The translations under genes and the position numbers were made by a program. A model generated the notes under the pieces. That model saw only the letters and a program-made list of their open reading frames with translations. It made no database searches and had not been told where the DNA came from. From contig CAZQKK010000002.1 of assembly GCA_964593885.1 (NCBI GenBank), positions 84,363-148,362 on the forward strand: a stretch of 64,000 nt of DNA, given 5' to 3'. The DNA is from an uncultured Candidatus Saccharibacteria bacterium. GTDB lineage: Bacteria; Patescibacteriota; UBA1384; CAILIB01. Shown here one piece after another: positions 13,301-22,090 of this stretch; position 1 is the first letter of the stretch; the number at the start of each line of letters is the position of its first letter.

Positions 13301-13806
13301 TGATTACCCAGCAGCCACTCGGTGGTAAGGCTCAGATGGGTGGCCAGAGGTTTGGAGAAATGGAGGTATGGGCACTTGAGGCGTACGGCGCAGCTCACAC
13401 CCTCCAAGAAATGCTGACCATCAAGTCTGATGATACCGTTGGGCGCGCTAAGGCCTACGAAGCGATCATTAGGAACGAAGAAATCCAGAAGCCTTCTATC
13501 CCAGAGTCATTCAACGTACTCGTACGTGAGCTTCAGGGTCTCGGTCTTGAGGTAAAGCTCATCACCGACGAAGGAGAGGTTGAACCTGTAGACAAGCCAA
13601 AAGTTCCTGTAGTACCTACCACATCAACTGCCCACCTCGATGACCTTGAGGATGGCGATGATGACCTCGAAGATGACATGGACGGCGAGACCGACGAGTT
13701 CGCTCCAGCTGAAGATGACATTGAAGATGAGGCACTCACCGAAATTGGCGGCAGCCTGGATGCAGATGAGCCTTCAGCTGATGAAGAAGCTCCAACCAAC
13801 CTCTAA
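10393..13806 (+). CDS. rpoB: DNA-directed RNA polymerase beta subunit, carrying an acidic C-terminal tail.
   Basis: Conserved beta motifs such as GEMEVWALEAYGAAHTLQEML. Confidence 0.97.
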   Translation: MAAPAAQRRRTIGTVSFTYPLPNLIEVQTKSYQWLLNDGVRELLDEISPIEDFTGKNLVLEFKDFTFEAPKLSADEALDKNMSFRSQLKVRAVLTNRQTGEVKENDVFLGEFPMMTRNGTFIINGVERAVVSQIVRSYGVLFTAEQTADKQLFGAKLIPSRGAWLEFETSSRNVISVKVDRKRRIPVTTLLRALGYGETEEIRKLFTDVDGEGENSYIDATLDKDPAESQEEGYVEVYKRIRPGDLATPENAQAFLEALFYSPKRYDLGHVGRYKINKRLGLDVPNDKDNRVLRPQDIVEIVKEIIRLNTTKGAAADDMDSLFNRRVRSVGELVQNRMRVGMVRLERNIRDRMSVCDLDTVTPAQLVNSRPIVAALQEFFASSQLSQFMNQTNPIAELEHKRCLTATGQGGLSRERAGFEVRDVHTSHYGRMCPIETPEGPNIGLVQYLASYAQVNDYGFIETPYRKVLDKDGKRFVTNDVVYLDAAEEEKYVIAPASIKVDEKGMITDKKTVVRKFGKPSIEGIEKIDYVDVASQQAFSITTNLIPGLANDDAARASMGSNMQRQAVPTIRPSAPVVGTGLEEQAAAQSGHVILSDVDGEVASVASDQVIVKDTKGTDHLYKLAKFVRSNQGTLMSQRPAVAVGDKIKKGGFLADSSATDKGELALGQNVLVAYMSWGGYNFEDAIIISERLVQQDNYTSIHIEKYTLDVRDTKLGPEQITRDIPNVGEEALRNLDAEGVVLVGAEVESGDILVGKISPKGETELTAEERLLRAVFGEKAKDVRDSSLRLPHGERGKVIGIKMFSKENDDELQTGVFQSVEITVAQLRKISVGDKLAGRHGNKGVISIIVPVEDMPYLEDGTPIDMILNPLGVVGRMNLGQIMETTLGWAAQKQGETFATPVFGHLTDEMIAAELKKAGLPEDGKVQLFDGRTGKAYDNRITVGVNYILKLSHLVDDKMHARSVGPYSMITQQPLGGKAQMGGQRFGEMEVWALEAYGAAHTLQEMLTIKSDDTVGRAKAYEAIIRNEEIQKPSIPESFNVLVRELQGLGLEVKLITDEGEVEPVDKPKVPVVPTTSTAHLDDLEDGDDDLEDDMDGETDEFAPAEDDIEDEALTEIGGSLDADEPSADEEAPTNL

Positions 13807-13825
13807 GTAAGCGCAAACCCTACTC

Positions 13826-16800
13826 ATGAAAACACAAGAGTACAGCGAGCAGTCTAACGACTTCAATGCCGTGCAGCTGCGGGTAGCAAGCCCAGATACC
13901 ATTCTGAGCTGGTCCCACGGTGAAACGCTGAAGCCAGAGACTATCAACTACCGCACCCAGAAGCCAGAGCGTGATGGCCTCTTCTGTGAGCGAATCTTTG
14001 GTCCTACCCAGGACTACAAGTGTTACTGTGGCAAATACAAGTCCATCCGTTACAAGGGAGTTATCTGTGACAAGTGTGGCGTTGAGGTAACAAAGTCATT
14101 TGTTCGTCGCGTCAGAATGGGTCACATTGACCTAGCCGTTCCAGTTGCTCACATCTGGTACGTCCAGGGTGTGCCTTCAGTGCTCGGTATGCTCCTCGAC
14201 ATGTCAGTTTCAGAGCTTGAGAAGATCATCTACTTCGCCGCTTACGTCATCCTTGATGTAAACGAGGACATCCGCAAGGAAGCCCTCGAGCAGCTTGAAG
14301 GTGAGTTCAAAGAGCTCCGCGCTGCCCTCCTGGACAACAAGTCAGCATCTGAGGTTACTGGCGATGCGCTCATCCGTCTCCAGCAGGTTGAGGCAGACTA
14401 CAAAGAAGCCAAGGGAGAGCTTACAAGCCTCGCAGCTTGCACGGTTATCTCTGAGGCTACCTACCACGATCTCTCACTCCGTTACGGAGCGATTATCAAG
14501 GTTGGAATTGGTGCTGAAGCAATCCGCGACCTCCTGAAGTCTGTAAAGCTTGAAGAGGGGATTGTTAGGCTCAAGGTTGAAGCAGACAACGCAAGCCCAC
14601 TGCAGCGCCGCAAGGCAATCCGTCGCCTGAAGCTCTACAACGACCTTCACAAGGCACAGATTAGTCCAGAGTGGCTGGTACTCTACCGTCTCCCTGTTAT
14701 CCCACCAGACCTTCGTCCGATGGTACAGCTTGATGGTGGTAGGTTTGCCGCTTCAGACCTCAACGACCTCTACCGTCGCGTTCTCAACCGAAACAACCGC
14801 CTCAAGAAGCTCCTCAACAGTGGTGCTCCTGAGGTAATCACCCGCAACGAGAAGCGCATGCTTCAAGAAGCGGTTGATGCCCTCGTGGACAACAACGCTC
14901 GTCGTGGAAAAGCTGCTGCAGCTGCTACTGGCCTCAAGCGAAAGCTCAAGAGCCTTTCTGACATGCTCCGCGGTAAGCAAGGACGTTTCCGTCAGAACCT
15001 CCTCGGAAAGCGCGTAGACTACTCCGGTCGTTCAGTAATTGTGGTTGGTCCTAACCTCAAGCTTCACCAGTGTGGACTTCCTAAGATGATGGCACTTGAG
15101 CTATTCAAGCCATTCCTCATTGGTCGTCTCATCAATGGTGGCTACGTCCACAACGTGAAGAACGCTACCCGTCTCATTGAGCAGGGTGAGAGCTTCATCT
15201 GGGACATCCTTGAGGACATCACCAAAGACCACTTCGTACTCCTCAACCGTGCTCCTACCCTTCACCGTCTCGGTATCCAGGCTTTCCAGCCGGTACTAAT
15301 TGAAGGTAAGTCCATCCAGATTCACCCACTCGTATGTACTGCCTACAACGCAGACTTCGATGGAGACCAGATGGCGGTTCACGTTCCTCTCTCTAAGGCT
15401 GCTCAGAAGGAAGCTGGAAGCATTATGCTTGCAAGCCACAACCTCCTGAAGCCTGCTTCTGGTGAGGTTATCGTTTCACCTACCAAGGACATGATTCTCG
15501 GCTGCTACTACATGACCCAGCTCAACGCTGATCAGAAAGGCGCCGGAAGGAGTTTCTCAAGTCAGGACGAGGCTATCATGGCCTACGACGCTGAAGTTGT
15601 TGAGTTCCTGGCTCCAATCAAGGTGCTCATCAACGGTGAGATGCTCGAGACAACAGTTGGTCGAATTATGTTCAACCAGATTGTCCCTGAAGCACTTGGC
15701 TACCAGAACACCGTTATGGATAAGAAGGGTGTTGCTAAGGTTATCGCCCGAAGCTTTGAAGAGCTTGGTACCGAGGTAACTGCCCAGTTTGTAGACGACC
15801 TCAAGAACATTGGGTTCACCTACGCTGAGCGTTCAGGTATTACCTTTGCCCTTTCAGATATCGTTATCCCAGACTCAAAGGATGCGGTGCTCGACAAGGC
15901 AGACGCTGCTGTTGACGAAATTGACAAGCAGTACCGCCGAGGTCTCATCACCAAGGAAGAGCAGTACGTGAAGACGGTTGAAATCTGGCTTGATGCCTCA
16001 AAGGTACTAGAGACAGATGTTATCAAGGGCTTCACCGAGAAGAACCCTATCATGACCATCTTCAAATCAGGTGCTCGTGGTACGATGACCAACCTCAACC
16101 AGATTGCTGGTATGAAGGGTCTCGTAGCAAACCCATCTGGAGCGATTATTGAGATTCCTCTCAAGAACAACTTCAAAGAAGGTCTCTCAGTGTTTGAGTA
16201 CTTCATTTCAACTCACGGTTCACGTAAGGGACGAGCAGACACTGCACTTCGTACATCTGATGCAGGGTACCTTACCCGTCGTCTCGTAGATGTTGCTCAA
16301 GATGTAGTGGTTGCCGAAACCGACTGTGGAAGCAACGAAGGCGTAACCCTCTACAAGTCTGATGAACTCCAGTTTGTCGACAAGTTTGAGGATTCTCTCC
16401 TCGGCCGCTTCACCGTAGGTGAGCAGGCAGGAGTTAAGGCAAACACCTTTATTGATGAAGAGGTTGCTAGGAAGCTCGCTGTTCAGGATGAGGTTATCGT
16501 AAGGTCTCCTCTCTACTGTCACAGTTCATGGGGAATCTGTCAGCACTGCTACGGAAAGAACCTCGCGAGTGGTCTCCTCGTAGAGCACGGTGAAGCAGTT
16601 GGTATCATCGCCGCGCAAGCAATTGGTGAGCCAGGAACCCAGCTGACCATGAAGACCTTCCACATGGGTGGAGTTGCTCAGACTGGTGGTGACATTACTG
16701 CAGGTCTCCCACGTGTTGAAGAGCTCTTTGAGGCTCGTTCGCCAAAGACACCTGCAATCATGGCTGAGATTGATGGAAAGGTAAGGATTGAGGAACGTCC

Positions 16801-17563
16801 AGAGGATATGCTCGTTACCATCCTTTCAGACAAGTCTGATTCACAGCTGGTGCATGTGCCAAAGGGCTACACCGTTGTGGTACAGGCTAAGGACAAGGTT
16901 GCTCCTAAGGACATCCTTGCTGAGTCAAAAGAGGGACGAAGTCTCCGCGCTACCCTCGCTGGTGTTGTCTCAATTGAAGAAGGCAAGGTAATTGTTACCG
17001 CCCACGAGACAGCCACCCGTGAGTACACCATTAGCAATAGCACCTCACTCAAGGTTGAGAACGGGGACGTTGTTACTAAGGGACAGGCGCTCACCGAAGG
17101 TCACCTTGACCTCCAGCAGCTCCTGTCACTCACCGGAAGAAAGGGTGTTGAGCGTTACATCGTCAACGAGGTACAGAGCATCTACTCTTCACAGGGTCAA
17201 ACCATTCACAACAAGCACATCGAGATTATCATCCGCCAGATGCTGTCAAAGGTGCAGGTTGTGGCTGCAGGTAACAGTGAGTACATTAGCGGTCAGACCA
17301 TCGAGCAAACAGACTTCCGTGCTGCTGACAAAGCAGGCCACACGGTTGAAGCTGACCAGCAGCTCCTCGGTATTACCCGTATCTCACTTCGCACCAAGAG
17401 CTTCCTCTCAGCCGCTTCATTCCAGGAAACTACCAGCGTTCTCATTGACGCTGCCGTCCAAGGAAAGCGTGATGAGCTAAGGGGCTTGAAAGAGAACGTG
17501 ATTATTGGTAAGCTCATTCCTGCTGGAACTGGCTACCAGCAAGAAGAAGCCAGTTCTAACTAA
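13826..17563 (+). CDS. rpoC: DNA-directed RNA polymerase beta' subunit.
   Basis: Zn-finger CYCGKYKSIRYKGVICDKCGVEV, catalytic NADFDGDQMAVH, and a trigger loop. Confidence 0.97.
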   Translation: MKTQEYSEQSNDFNAVQLRVASPDTILSWSHGETLKPETINYRTQKPERDGLFCERIFGPTQDYKCYCGKYKSIRYKGVICDKCGVEVTKSFVRRVRMGHIDLAVPVAHIWYVQGVPSVLGMLLDMSVSELEKIIYFAAYVILDVNEDIRKEALEQLEGEFKELRAALLDNKSASEVTGDALIRLQQVEADYKEAKGELTSLAACTVISEATYHDLSLRYGAIIKVGIGAEAIRDLLKSVKLEEGIVRLKVEADNASPLQRRKAIRRLKLYNDLHKAQISPEWLVLYRLPVIPPDLRPMVQLDGGRFAASDLNDLYRRVLNRNNRLKKLLNSGAPEVITRNEKRMLQEAVDALVDNNARRGKAAAAATGLKRKLKSLSDMLRGKQGRFRQNLLGKRVDYSGRSVIVVGPNLKLHQCGLPKMMALELFKPFLIGRLINGGYVHNVKNATRLIEQGESFIWDILEDITKDHFVLLNRAPTLHRLGIQAFQPVLIEGKSIQIHPLVCTAYNADFDGDQMAVHVPLSKAAQKEAGSIMLASHNLLKPASGEVIVSPTKDMILGCYYMTQLNADQKGAGRSFSSQDEAIMAYDAEVVEFLAPIKVLINGEMLETTVGRIMFNQIVPEALGYQNTVMDKKGVAKVIARSFEELGTEVTAQFVDDLKNIGFTYAERSGITFALSDIVIPDSKDAVLDKADAAVDEIDKQYRRGLITKEEQYVKTVEIWLDASKVLETDVIKGFTEKNPIMTIFKSGARGTMTNLNQIAGMKGLVANPSGAIIEIPLKNNFKEGLSVFEYFISTHGSRKGRADTALRTSDAGYLTRRLVDVAQDVVVAETDCGSNEGVTLYKSDELQFVDKFEDSLLGRFTVGEQAGVKANTFIDEEVARKLAVQDEVIVRSPLYCHSSWGICQHCYGKNLASGLLVEHGEAVGIIAAQAIGEPGTQLTMKTFHMGGVAQTGGDITAGLPRVEELFEARSPKTPAIMAEIDGKVRIEERPEDMLVTILSDKSDSQLVHVPKGYTVVVQAKDKVAPKDILAESKEGRSLRATLAGVVSIEEGKVIVTAHETATREYTISNSTSLKVENGDVVTKGQALTEGHLDLQQLLSLTGRKGVERYIVNEVQSIYSSQGQTIHNKHIEIIIRQMLSKVQVVAAGNSEYISGQTIEQTDFRAADKAGHTVEADQQLLGITRISLRTKSFLSAASFQETTSVLIDAAVQGKRDELRGLKENVIIGKLIPAGTGYQQEEASSN

Positions 17564-17569
17564 GAAACT

Positions 17570-17983
17570 ATGCCAACAATCAACCAGCTCCTCCGCCGCC
17601 CGCGGGTTACCGCTAAGAAGAAGCCTAACGCTCCGGTTTTGAAGTCAACCTTCAACACCTTCAAGAAGCGTCACGTTCCTCTTAACGCACCTCAGAAACG
17701 TGGAGTTTGCATCAAGGTTACTACCACCACACCAAAGAAGCCTAACTCGGCTCAACGTAAAGTAGCGCGCGTGAGGCTCACCAATGGTATGGAAACCTGG
17801 GCCTACATTCCAGGTGAAGGTCACAACCTCCAGGAACACTCAGTGGTTCTGGTGCGTGGCGGCCGGGTAAAGGACCTTCCAGGTGTTAAGTACCACATTG
17901 TGCGTGGCAAACTAGACGCACAAGGGGTAAAGGGCCGAAAGAAGAGCCGCAGCCTCTACGGCGTCAAGAAAGACGCAAAGTAG
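17570..17983 (+). CDS. rpsL: 30S ribosomal protein S12.
   Basis: [12 protein letters not shown]...[18 protein letters not shown]. Confidence 0.95.
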   Translation: MPTINQLLRRPRVTAKKKPNAPVLKSTFNTFKKRHVPLNAPQKRGVCIKVTTTTPKKPNSAQRKVARVRLTNGMETWAYIPGEGHNLQEHSVVLVRGGRVKDLPGVKYHIVRGKLDAQGVKGRKKSRSLYGVKKDAK

Positions 17984-17995
17984 AGTGCTCAAAAA

Positions 17996-18024
17996 AAGCC
18001 TCGGAGAGATCCGGGGCTTTTTTG
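17996..18024. terminator. Bidirectional intrinsic terminator between rpsL (+) and the antisense coiled-coil gene (-).
   Basis: aaaaaaa-GCCTCGG-agagat-CCGGGGC-tttttt: a GC-rich stem flanked by an A-run and a T-run. Confidence 0.55.
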
Positions 18025-18375
18025 TTACACCTGAGCCAAGTGGTGAGCTGCTTTGTGGAGAGCTGTAGTGGTCTTTGCGTGCTGGGCGAGGTTCATGCTG
18101 CCTGACAGAGCAACTTGGTTAAGTTGAACCTGCATGCTTTGCACGGTGGTTTCCAAGGTATCTAGTCTGGACTCAATAGCGTCCAATCTAGCTTCCACCC
18201 TATCCAATCTAGCCTCTACTCTGTCCATCCTCGTTTCAAGGGACATCACGACAATTTCCAGGCTATCTACCTTGAGCTCTAGCGTGTCTATTCGCTTAGT
18301 AAGGGTAGCAATTGCCTGAGTGAGCGGCTCAAGAGCCGTCATTAACTCCTGAAGGGTGAGTGGTTTGTCCTGCAT
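18025..18375 (-). CDS. Hypothetical coiled-coil protein built from heptad repeats (x-L/V-E-x-R-L-D).
   Basis: ...DTLELKVDSLEIVVMSLETRMDRVEARLDRVEARLDAIESRLDTLETTVQSMQVQ. It lies on the strand opposite to rpsL and rpsG, inside the str operon. Confidence 0.55.
   Translation of the reverse strand: MQDKPLTLQELMTALEPLTQAIATLTKRIDTLELKVDSLEIVVMSLETRMDRVEARLDRVEARLDAIESRLDTLETTVQSMQVQLNQVALSGSMNLAQHAKTTTALHKAAHHLAQV
18134..18320. repeat. In-gene tandem 21-nt repeats, the DNA image of the heptad repeats.
   Basis: tccaatctagcttccaccctatccaatctagcctctactctgtcca: the unit tccaatctagcYtcYacYctR occurs twice in tandem, with degenerate copies either side. Confidence 0.5.
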
Positions 18376-18454
18376 AACCCAACCCTACAACGGGGGACAC
18401 GTGAGCGCAAGAGAACAAAACCCGGAAAATTCTTGACACCTTGCTCACACCTAA

Positions 18455-18482
18455 GTTACAAAAAACCACCCGAGGGGGGTGG
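18455..18482 (-). terminator. Intrinsic terminator for the minus-strand membrane-protein gene.
   Basis: The minus strand reads ccaccccccctcgggtgg followed by ttttttgtaac. Confidence 0.5.
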
Positions 18483-18495
18483 TAGAAACTAGTTA

Positions 18496-19167
18496 CTATC
18501 CGTATTCGCCACGCTCCTTCTCAATCTTAGCAACCCACGCTGACCATTCTCGCGACGTGGATCTGAAGACCGAAATTGCTGAGTAGGGTGACTGTGACAT
18601 GTAAGCTACGAAACCGGTGGTTGCTACCAGAAGGGGTATGAGAACCACCCACTGGTTTGGATGTTTGAGGCTCCATACCGCTGTAATGAACAGTGGAGTA
18701 AGAATACTGAAGAAAGCCAGCATTCCTACCGGGTTCAATTGTGTTGGCTCTAGTCCAAGCTTCCTCCGGAAAACCTTCTCCAGGAAGTAGCTGTGGATTC
18801 CCATCCCAATGATGTAGAGCATGAGACCAGATACCAATACGAACAGGACTGCCGTTGGCACGTAGAAGTCATGCATCCATACCCTGGAGTAAGACGTCGT
18901 AGATAGGATGTACTGGATTGGCATCCCGACAACGAAAGCTGCAAGTGAAAAGATGATCAAGTAGCAGCAGAGTACTTGGACGTCAGCCACTACCTTAAGT
19001 TGCCTCGCCAGCTGGAGGTTAGTGAAAAGATACTGTTTGCGTAACGGTGGATTGTTAATGTGACACCTTCCTTTGCGGCACATACTAGCAAAAGAGTAGG
19101 GAACCTGGTAGTATACACAGGATTTATCAATCGGTGCGCAGTACCAGACTCCCTGGGAAGTAAGCAC
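18496..19167 (-). CDS. Hypothetical integral membrane protein, about 4-5 TM helices, with a Cys-rich N-terminal segment. The true start may be an internal Met.
   Basis: N-term VWYCAPIDKSCVYY...MCRKGRCH, then hydrophobic helices (LCCYLIIFSLAAFVVG, AVLFVLVSGLMLYIIGMGI, LAFFSILTPLFITAVW, VVLIPLLVATTGFVAY). Its 5' end overlaps the region just upstream of rpsG. Confidence 0.45.
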   Translation of the reverse strand: MLTSQGVWYCAPIDKSCVYYQVPYSFASMCRKGRCHINNPPLRKQYLFTNLQLARQLKVVADVQVLCCYLIIFSLAAFVVGMPIQYILSTTSYSRVWMHDFYVPTAVLFVLVSGLMLYIIGMGIHSYFLEKVFRRKLGLEPTQLNPVGMLAFFSILTPLFITAVWSLKHPNQWVVLIPLLVATTGFVAYMSQSPYSAISVFRSTSREWSAWVAKIEKERGEYG

Positions 19168-19193
19168 ACCAAACCTAATTGTAAGGAGACACT

Positions 19194-19670
19194 ATGTCCC
19201 GAGGTACCCGTAAAATTGATCGCAAGGAGCTTGCGCCTGATCCAGTGTATGGTTCAGTTACCGTGAGCAAGATGATTAACTACATCATGAAGAACGGAAA
19301 GAAGACCGTTGCTACTAAGATTGCCTACGGCGCCATTGAGAAGGCTGCTGCTAAGCTTGAGGTAGAGGCTCTCGATATGCTTGAGACAGCAATCAAGAAC
19401 GTTACCCCAGTAGTTGAGGTACGTGGACGAAGAGTTGGTGGCGCAAACCTGCAGGTACCAGTTGAGGTTCCTCGCTCACGTCGTCTGATGCTTGCACTCC
19501 GTTGGATCCTCGATGCTGCTCGAAACGCTAAAGGTAAGCCAATGGCAGATAAGCTAGCAAACGAGCTCATTGCAGCCTACAACAACGAAGGTTCTGCTAT
19601 CCGAAAAAAGGATGAGACCCACCGTATGGCTGAGGCTAACAGAGCTTTCGCCCACTTCGCCCGTCGTTAA
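19194..19670 (+). CDS. rpsG: 30S ribosomal protein S7.
   Basis: MSRGTRKIDRKELAPDPVYGS...; an AGGAGA RBS lies 8 nt upstream. Confidence 0.95.
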   Translation: MSRGTRKIDRKELAPDPVYGSVTVSKMINYIMKNGKKTVATKIAYGAIEKAAAKLEVEALDMLETAIKNVTPVVEVRGRRVGGANLQVPVEVPRSRRLMLALRWILDAARNAKGKPMADKLANELIAAYNNEGSAIRKKDETHRMAEANRAFAHFARR

Positions 19671-19673
19671 GTT

Positions 19674-19916
19674 ATGAAGAAGGTACTCTACATTTCGTTT
19701 GCTGCCTTCTTGGTTACCCTGGGTTATCAGTTCTATTTCGCGTACGCTCCTATCAGTGGCATCGGCGTTGACCATTACTTTGATCTTCCTGCCTCAATGC
19801 AGCCTGATTCCGTGCTGTACACTCAGCTCATTCTCATTGCTTCAGTTCTGGGAATGATAATCTCATCTATTTCTATCACTATCCAAAAGCGTAAAAAGGA
19901 GAATCATGCCTCGTGA
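19674..19916 (+). CDS. Small hypothetical membrane protein, 2 TM helices, 80 aa.
   Basis: [19 protein letters not shown] and [19 protein letters not shown] followed by KRKKE. It starts 4 nt after rpsG and overlaps the fusA start by 11 nt. Confidence 0.4.
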   Translation: MKKVLYISFAAFLVTLGYQFYFAYAPISGIGVDHYFDLPASMQPDSVLYTQLILIASVLGMIISSISITIQKRKKENHAS

Positions 19917-22011
19917 ATATCCTCTAGAAAAAGTTAGGAACATTGGTATCATCGCCCACATTGATGCGGGTAAAACTACCACCACAGAGCGCGTGCTCTA
20001 CTACACCGGAAAGACCCACAAGATTGGTGAGGTGCACGATGGTGCTGCAACCATGGACTGGATGGAGCAGGAGCAGGAGCGAGGTATCACCATTACCTCA
20101 GCTGCTACTACCGCTTTCTGGACCCCTACCACCCGTGAAGGTAAGGACACCCACCGTCTCAATATCATTGATACCCCAGGACACGTAGACTTCACCGTTG
20201 AAGTACAGCGTTCACTTCGCGTACTAGACGGAGGAGTTGTCGTATTTGATGGTGTAGCTGGTGTAGAGCCACAGTCTGAGACTGTTTGGCGCCAAGCTGA
20301 TGAGTACGGAGTACCTCGCGTCTGTTTCATCAACAAGCTCGATCGCATGGGTGCTGACTTCTTCAAGGCGTACAAGTCTATCCTCGATCGCCTCAACCCA
20401 AACGCTATCCCAGTTCAGCTCCCGATTGGTTCAGAAGCTGAATTCAAGGGAATCATTGACCTCCTCACCGGCACAGCCCGCATCTACAAAGATGACATGG
20501 GCAAGGTATTTGAGGACGTTTCAGTACCTGCGGAATACCAGGAAATGTACACCGAGTGGCGCACCAAGCTCCTCGAGAAGATTGCCGAGCAAGATGATGT
20601 ACTCATGGAGAAGTTCTTTGCTGGTGAAGAGATGACCATCGCCGAGATGCGCGCTGGTATCCGTAAGGGAACCCTCGCTCGCACCCTCATCCCAGTTCTC
20701 TGTGGTTCAGCCCTCAAGAACAAGGGCGTTCAGTCAATGCTTGACGCCGTAGTTGAGTACCTCCCAAGTCCACTGGATATCCCAGCAATTAAAGGTACCA
20801 ACCCAAAAAACCCTGATGAGCAACTTGAGCGACACGCCGATGACTCAGAGCCTTTCTCAGCCCTCGCCTTCAAGATTGCTTCAGACCCATTCGTGGGGAA
20901 GCTTACCTTCTTCCGTGTTTACTCAGGCATGCTGAAAGCTGGTTCGTACGTCTACAACTCAAGTAAGGGTGAACAGGAACGAATTGGTCGTATTGTTCGT
21001 CTCCACGCAAACAGCCGTGAAGATGTGAACGAAGTGTACTCGGGTGAAATCGCAGCCGCTATCGGCCTCAAGAACACCACAACAGGGGACACCCTCACCG
21101 ACCAGAGTAAGCAGATTCTCCTCGAAACCATCAACTTTGCCGATCCTGTTATCCAACAGTCTATCGAGCCTAAGACTAAGGCTGACCAAGAGAAGATGGG
21201 TATTGCCCTCTCACGTCTCTCAGAAGAAGACCCAACCTTCAGAATCACCACCAACCACGAGACGGGTCAGACCCTTATCGCTGGAATGGGTGAGCTCCAC
21301 CTCGAGATCATCGTTGATCGTATGAAGCGCGAGTTCAAGGTTGAGGCAAACGTTGGTCAGCCACAGGTAGCTTTCAAAGAGGCTATTCGTATGGCTGTTA
21401 AGGACATTGATGGTAAGTTCGTTCGTCAGTCTGGTGGACGCGGACAGTTTGGCCACGTTGTGATCGACATGGAACCAGCAGAGCGCGGCTCCGGATTTGT
21501 CTTCGAGAACAAGATTGTGGGTGGTGCTATTCCTAAGGAGTTTATCAAGCCTGCAGAAGAAGGAATGCGTGAAGCCCTCGAGCGAGGTGTACTCGCTGGC
21601 TACCCAGTTCTCGACGTTAAGGTTACCCTCAAAGATGGTTCGTACCACGATGTAGACTCCTCAGAAATGGCATTCAAAATTGCCGGATCTATGGCAGTCC
21701 AGGTAGCGGTTAAAGCTGCAAACCCTGCCATCCTTGAGCCAATCATGAAGGTGGAGGTCCTCGTACCTGAAGATTACTTCGGTGAGGTAATGGGCGATAT
21801 CAACAGCCGTCGTGGTCAGATTCTCGGTACCACCGAGCGCGTTGGCCTCAAGGTTATCGACGCCGAGGTTCCTCTTGCAAGCATGTTTGGCTACACCACC
21901 ACCCTGCGCTCGATGAGTCAGGGACGTGGTACCTCCACCATGGAGTTTGCCCACTACGCTGAAGTTCCAAACAATGTTCAGCAACAAATTATTGACGGCA
22001 AGGTAAAGTAG
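19906..22011 (+). CDS. fusA: Elongation factor G.
   Basis: [29 protein letters not shown]. Confidence 0.97.
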   Translation: MPREYPLEKVRNIGIIAHIDAGKTTTTERVLYYTGKTHKIGEVHDGAATMDWMEQEQERGITITSAATTAFWTPTTREGKDTHRLNIIDTPGHVDFTVEVQRSLRVLDGGVVVFDGVAGVEPQSETVWRQADEYGVPRVCFINKLDRMGADFFKAYKSILDRLNPNAIPVQLPIGSEAEFKGIIDLLTGTARIYKDDMGKVFEDVSVPAEYQEMYTEWRTKLLEKIAEQDDVLMEKFFAGEEMTIAEMRAGIRKGTLARTLIPVLCGSALKNKGVQSMLDAVVEYLPSPLDIPAIKGTNPKNPDEQLERHADDSEPFSALAFKIASDPFVGKLTFFRVYSGMLKAGSYVYNSSKGEQERIGRIVRLHANSREDVNEVYSGEIAAAIGLKNTTTGDTLTDQSKQILLETINFADPVIQQSIEPKTKADQEKMGIALSRLSEEDPTFRITTNHETGQTLIAGMGELHLEIIVDRMKREFKVEANVGQPQVAFKEAIRMAVKDIDGKFVRQSGGRGQFGHVVIDMEPAERGSGFVFENKIVGGAIPKEFIKPAEEGMREALERGVLAGYPVLDVKVTLKDGSYHDVDSSEMAFKIAGSMAVQVAVKAANPAILEPIMKVEVLVPEDYFGEVMGDINSRRGQILGTTERVGLKVIDAEVPLASMFGYTTTLRSMSQGRGTSTMEFAHYAEVPNNVQQQIIDGKVK

Positions 22012-22032
22012 TTGCCTACTTGCCACCAGAAG

Positions 22033-22064
22033 CAGCCACTCGAAAGGGTGGCTGTTTTCTTTTC
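22033..22064 (+). terminator. Intrinsic terminator after fusA.
   Basis: cagccac-tcgaaagg-gtggctg followed by ttttcttttc. Confidence 0.55.
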
Positions 22065-22090
22065 TCGAGTATTTGAGGTACACTCATCCC

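Noticed and set aside
18134-18319. 61-aa + strand ORF overlapping the coiled-coil gene.
   Set aside because: It is the mirror image of the 21-nt repeats and encodes low-complexity S/L-rich sequence. The minus-strand heptad protein is the coherent reading.
18134-18320. The tandem direct repeats as a possible CRISPR array.
   Set aside because: The repeats are 21 nt, contiguous with no spacers, degenerate, and in-frame coding for heptads. No cas genes are present.
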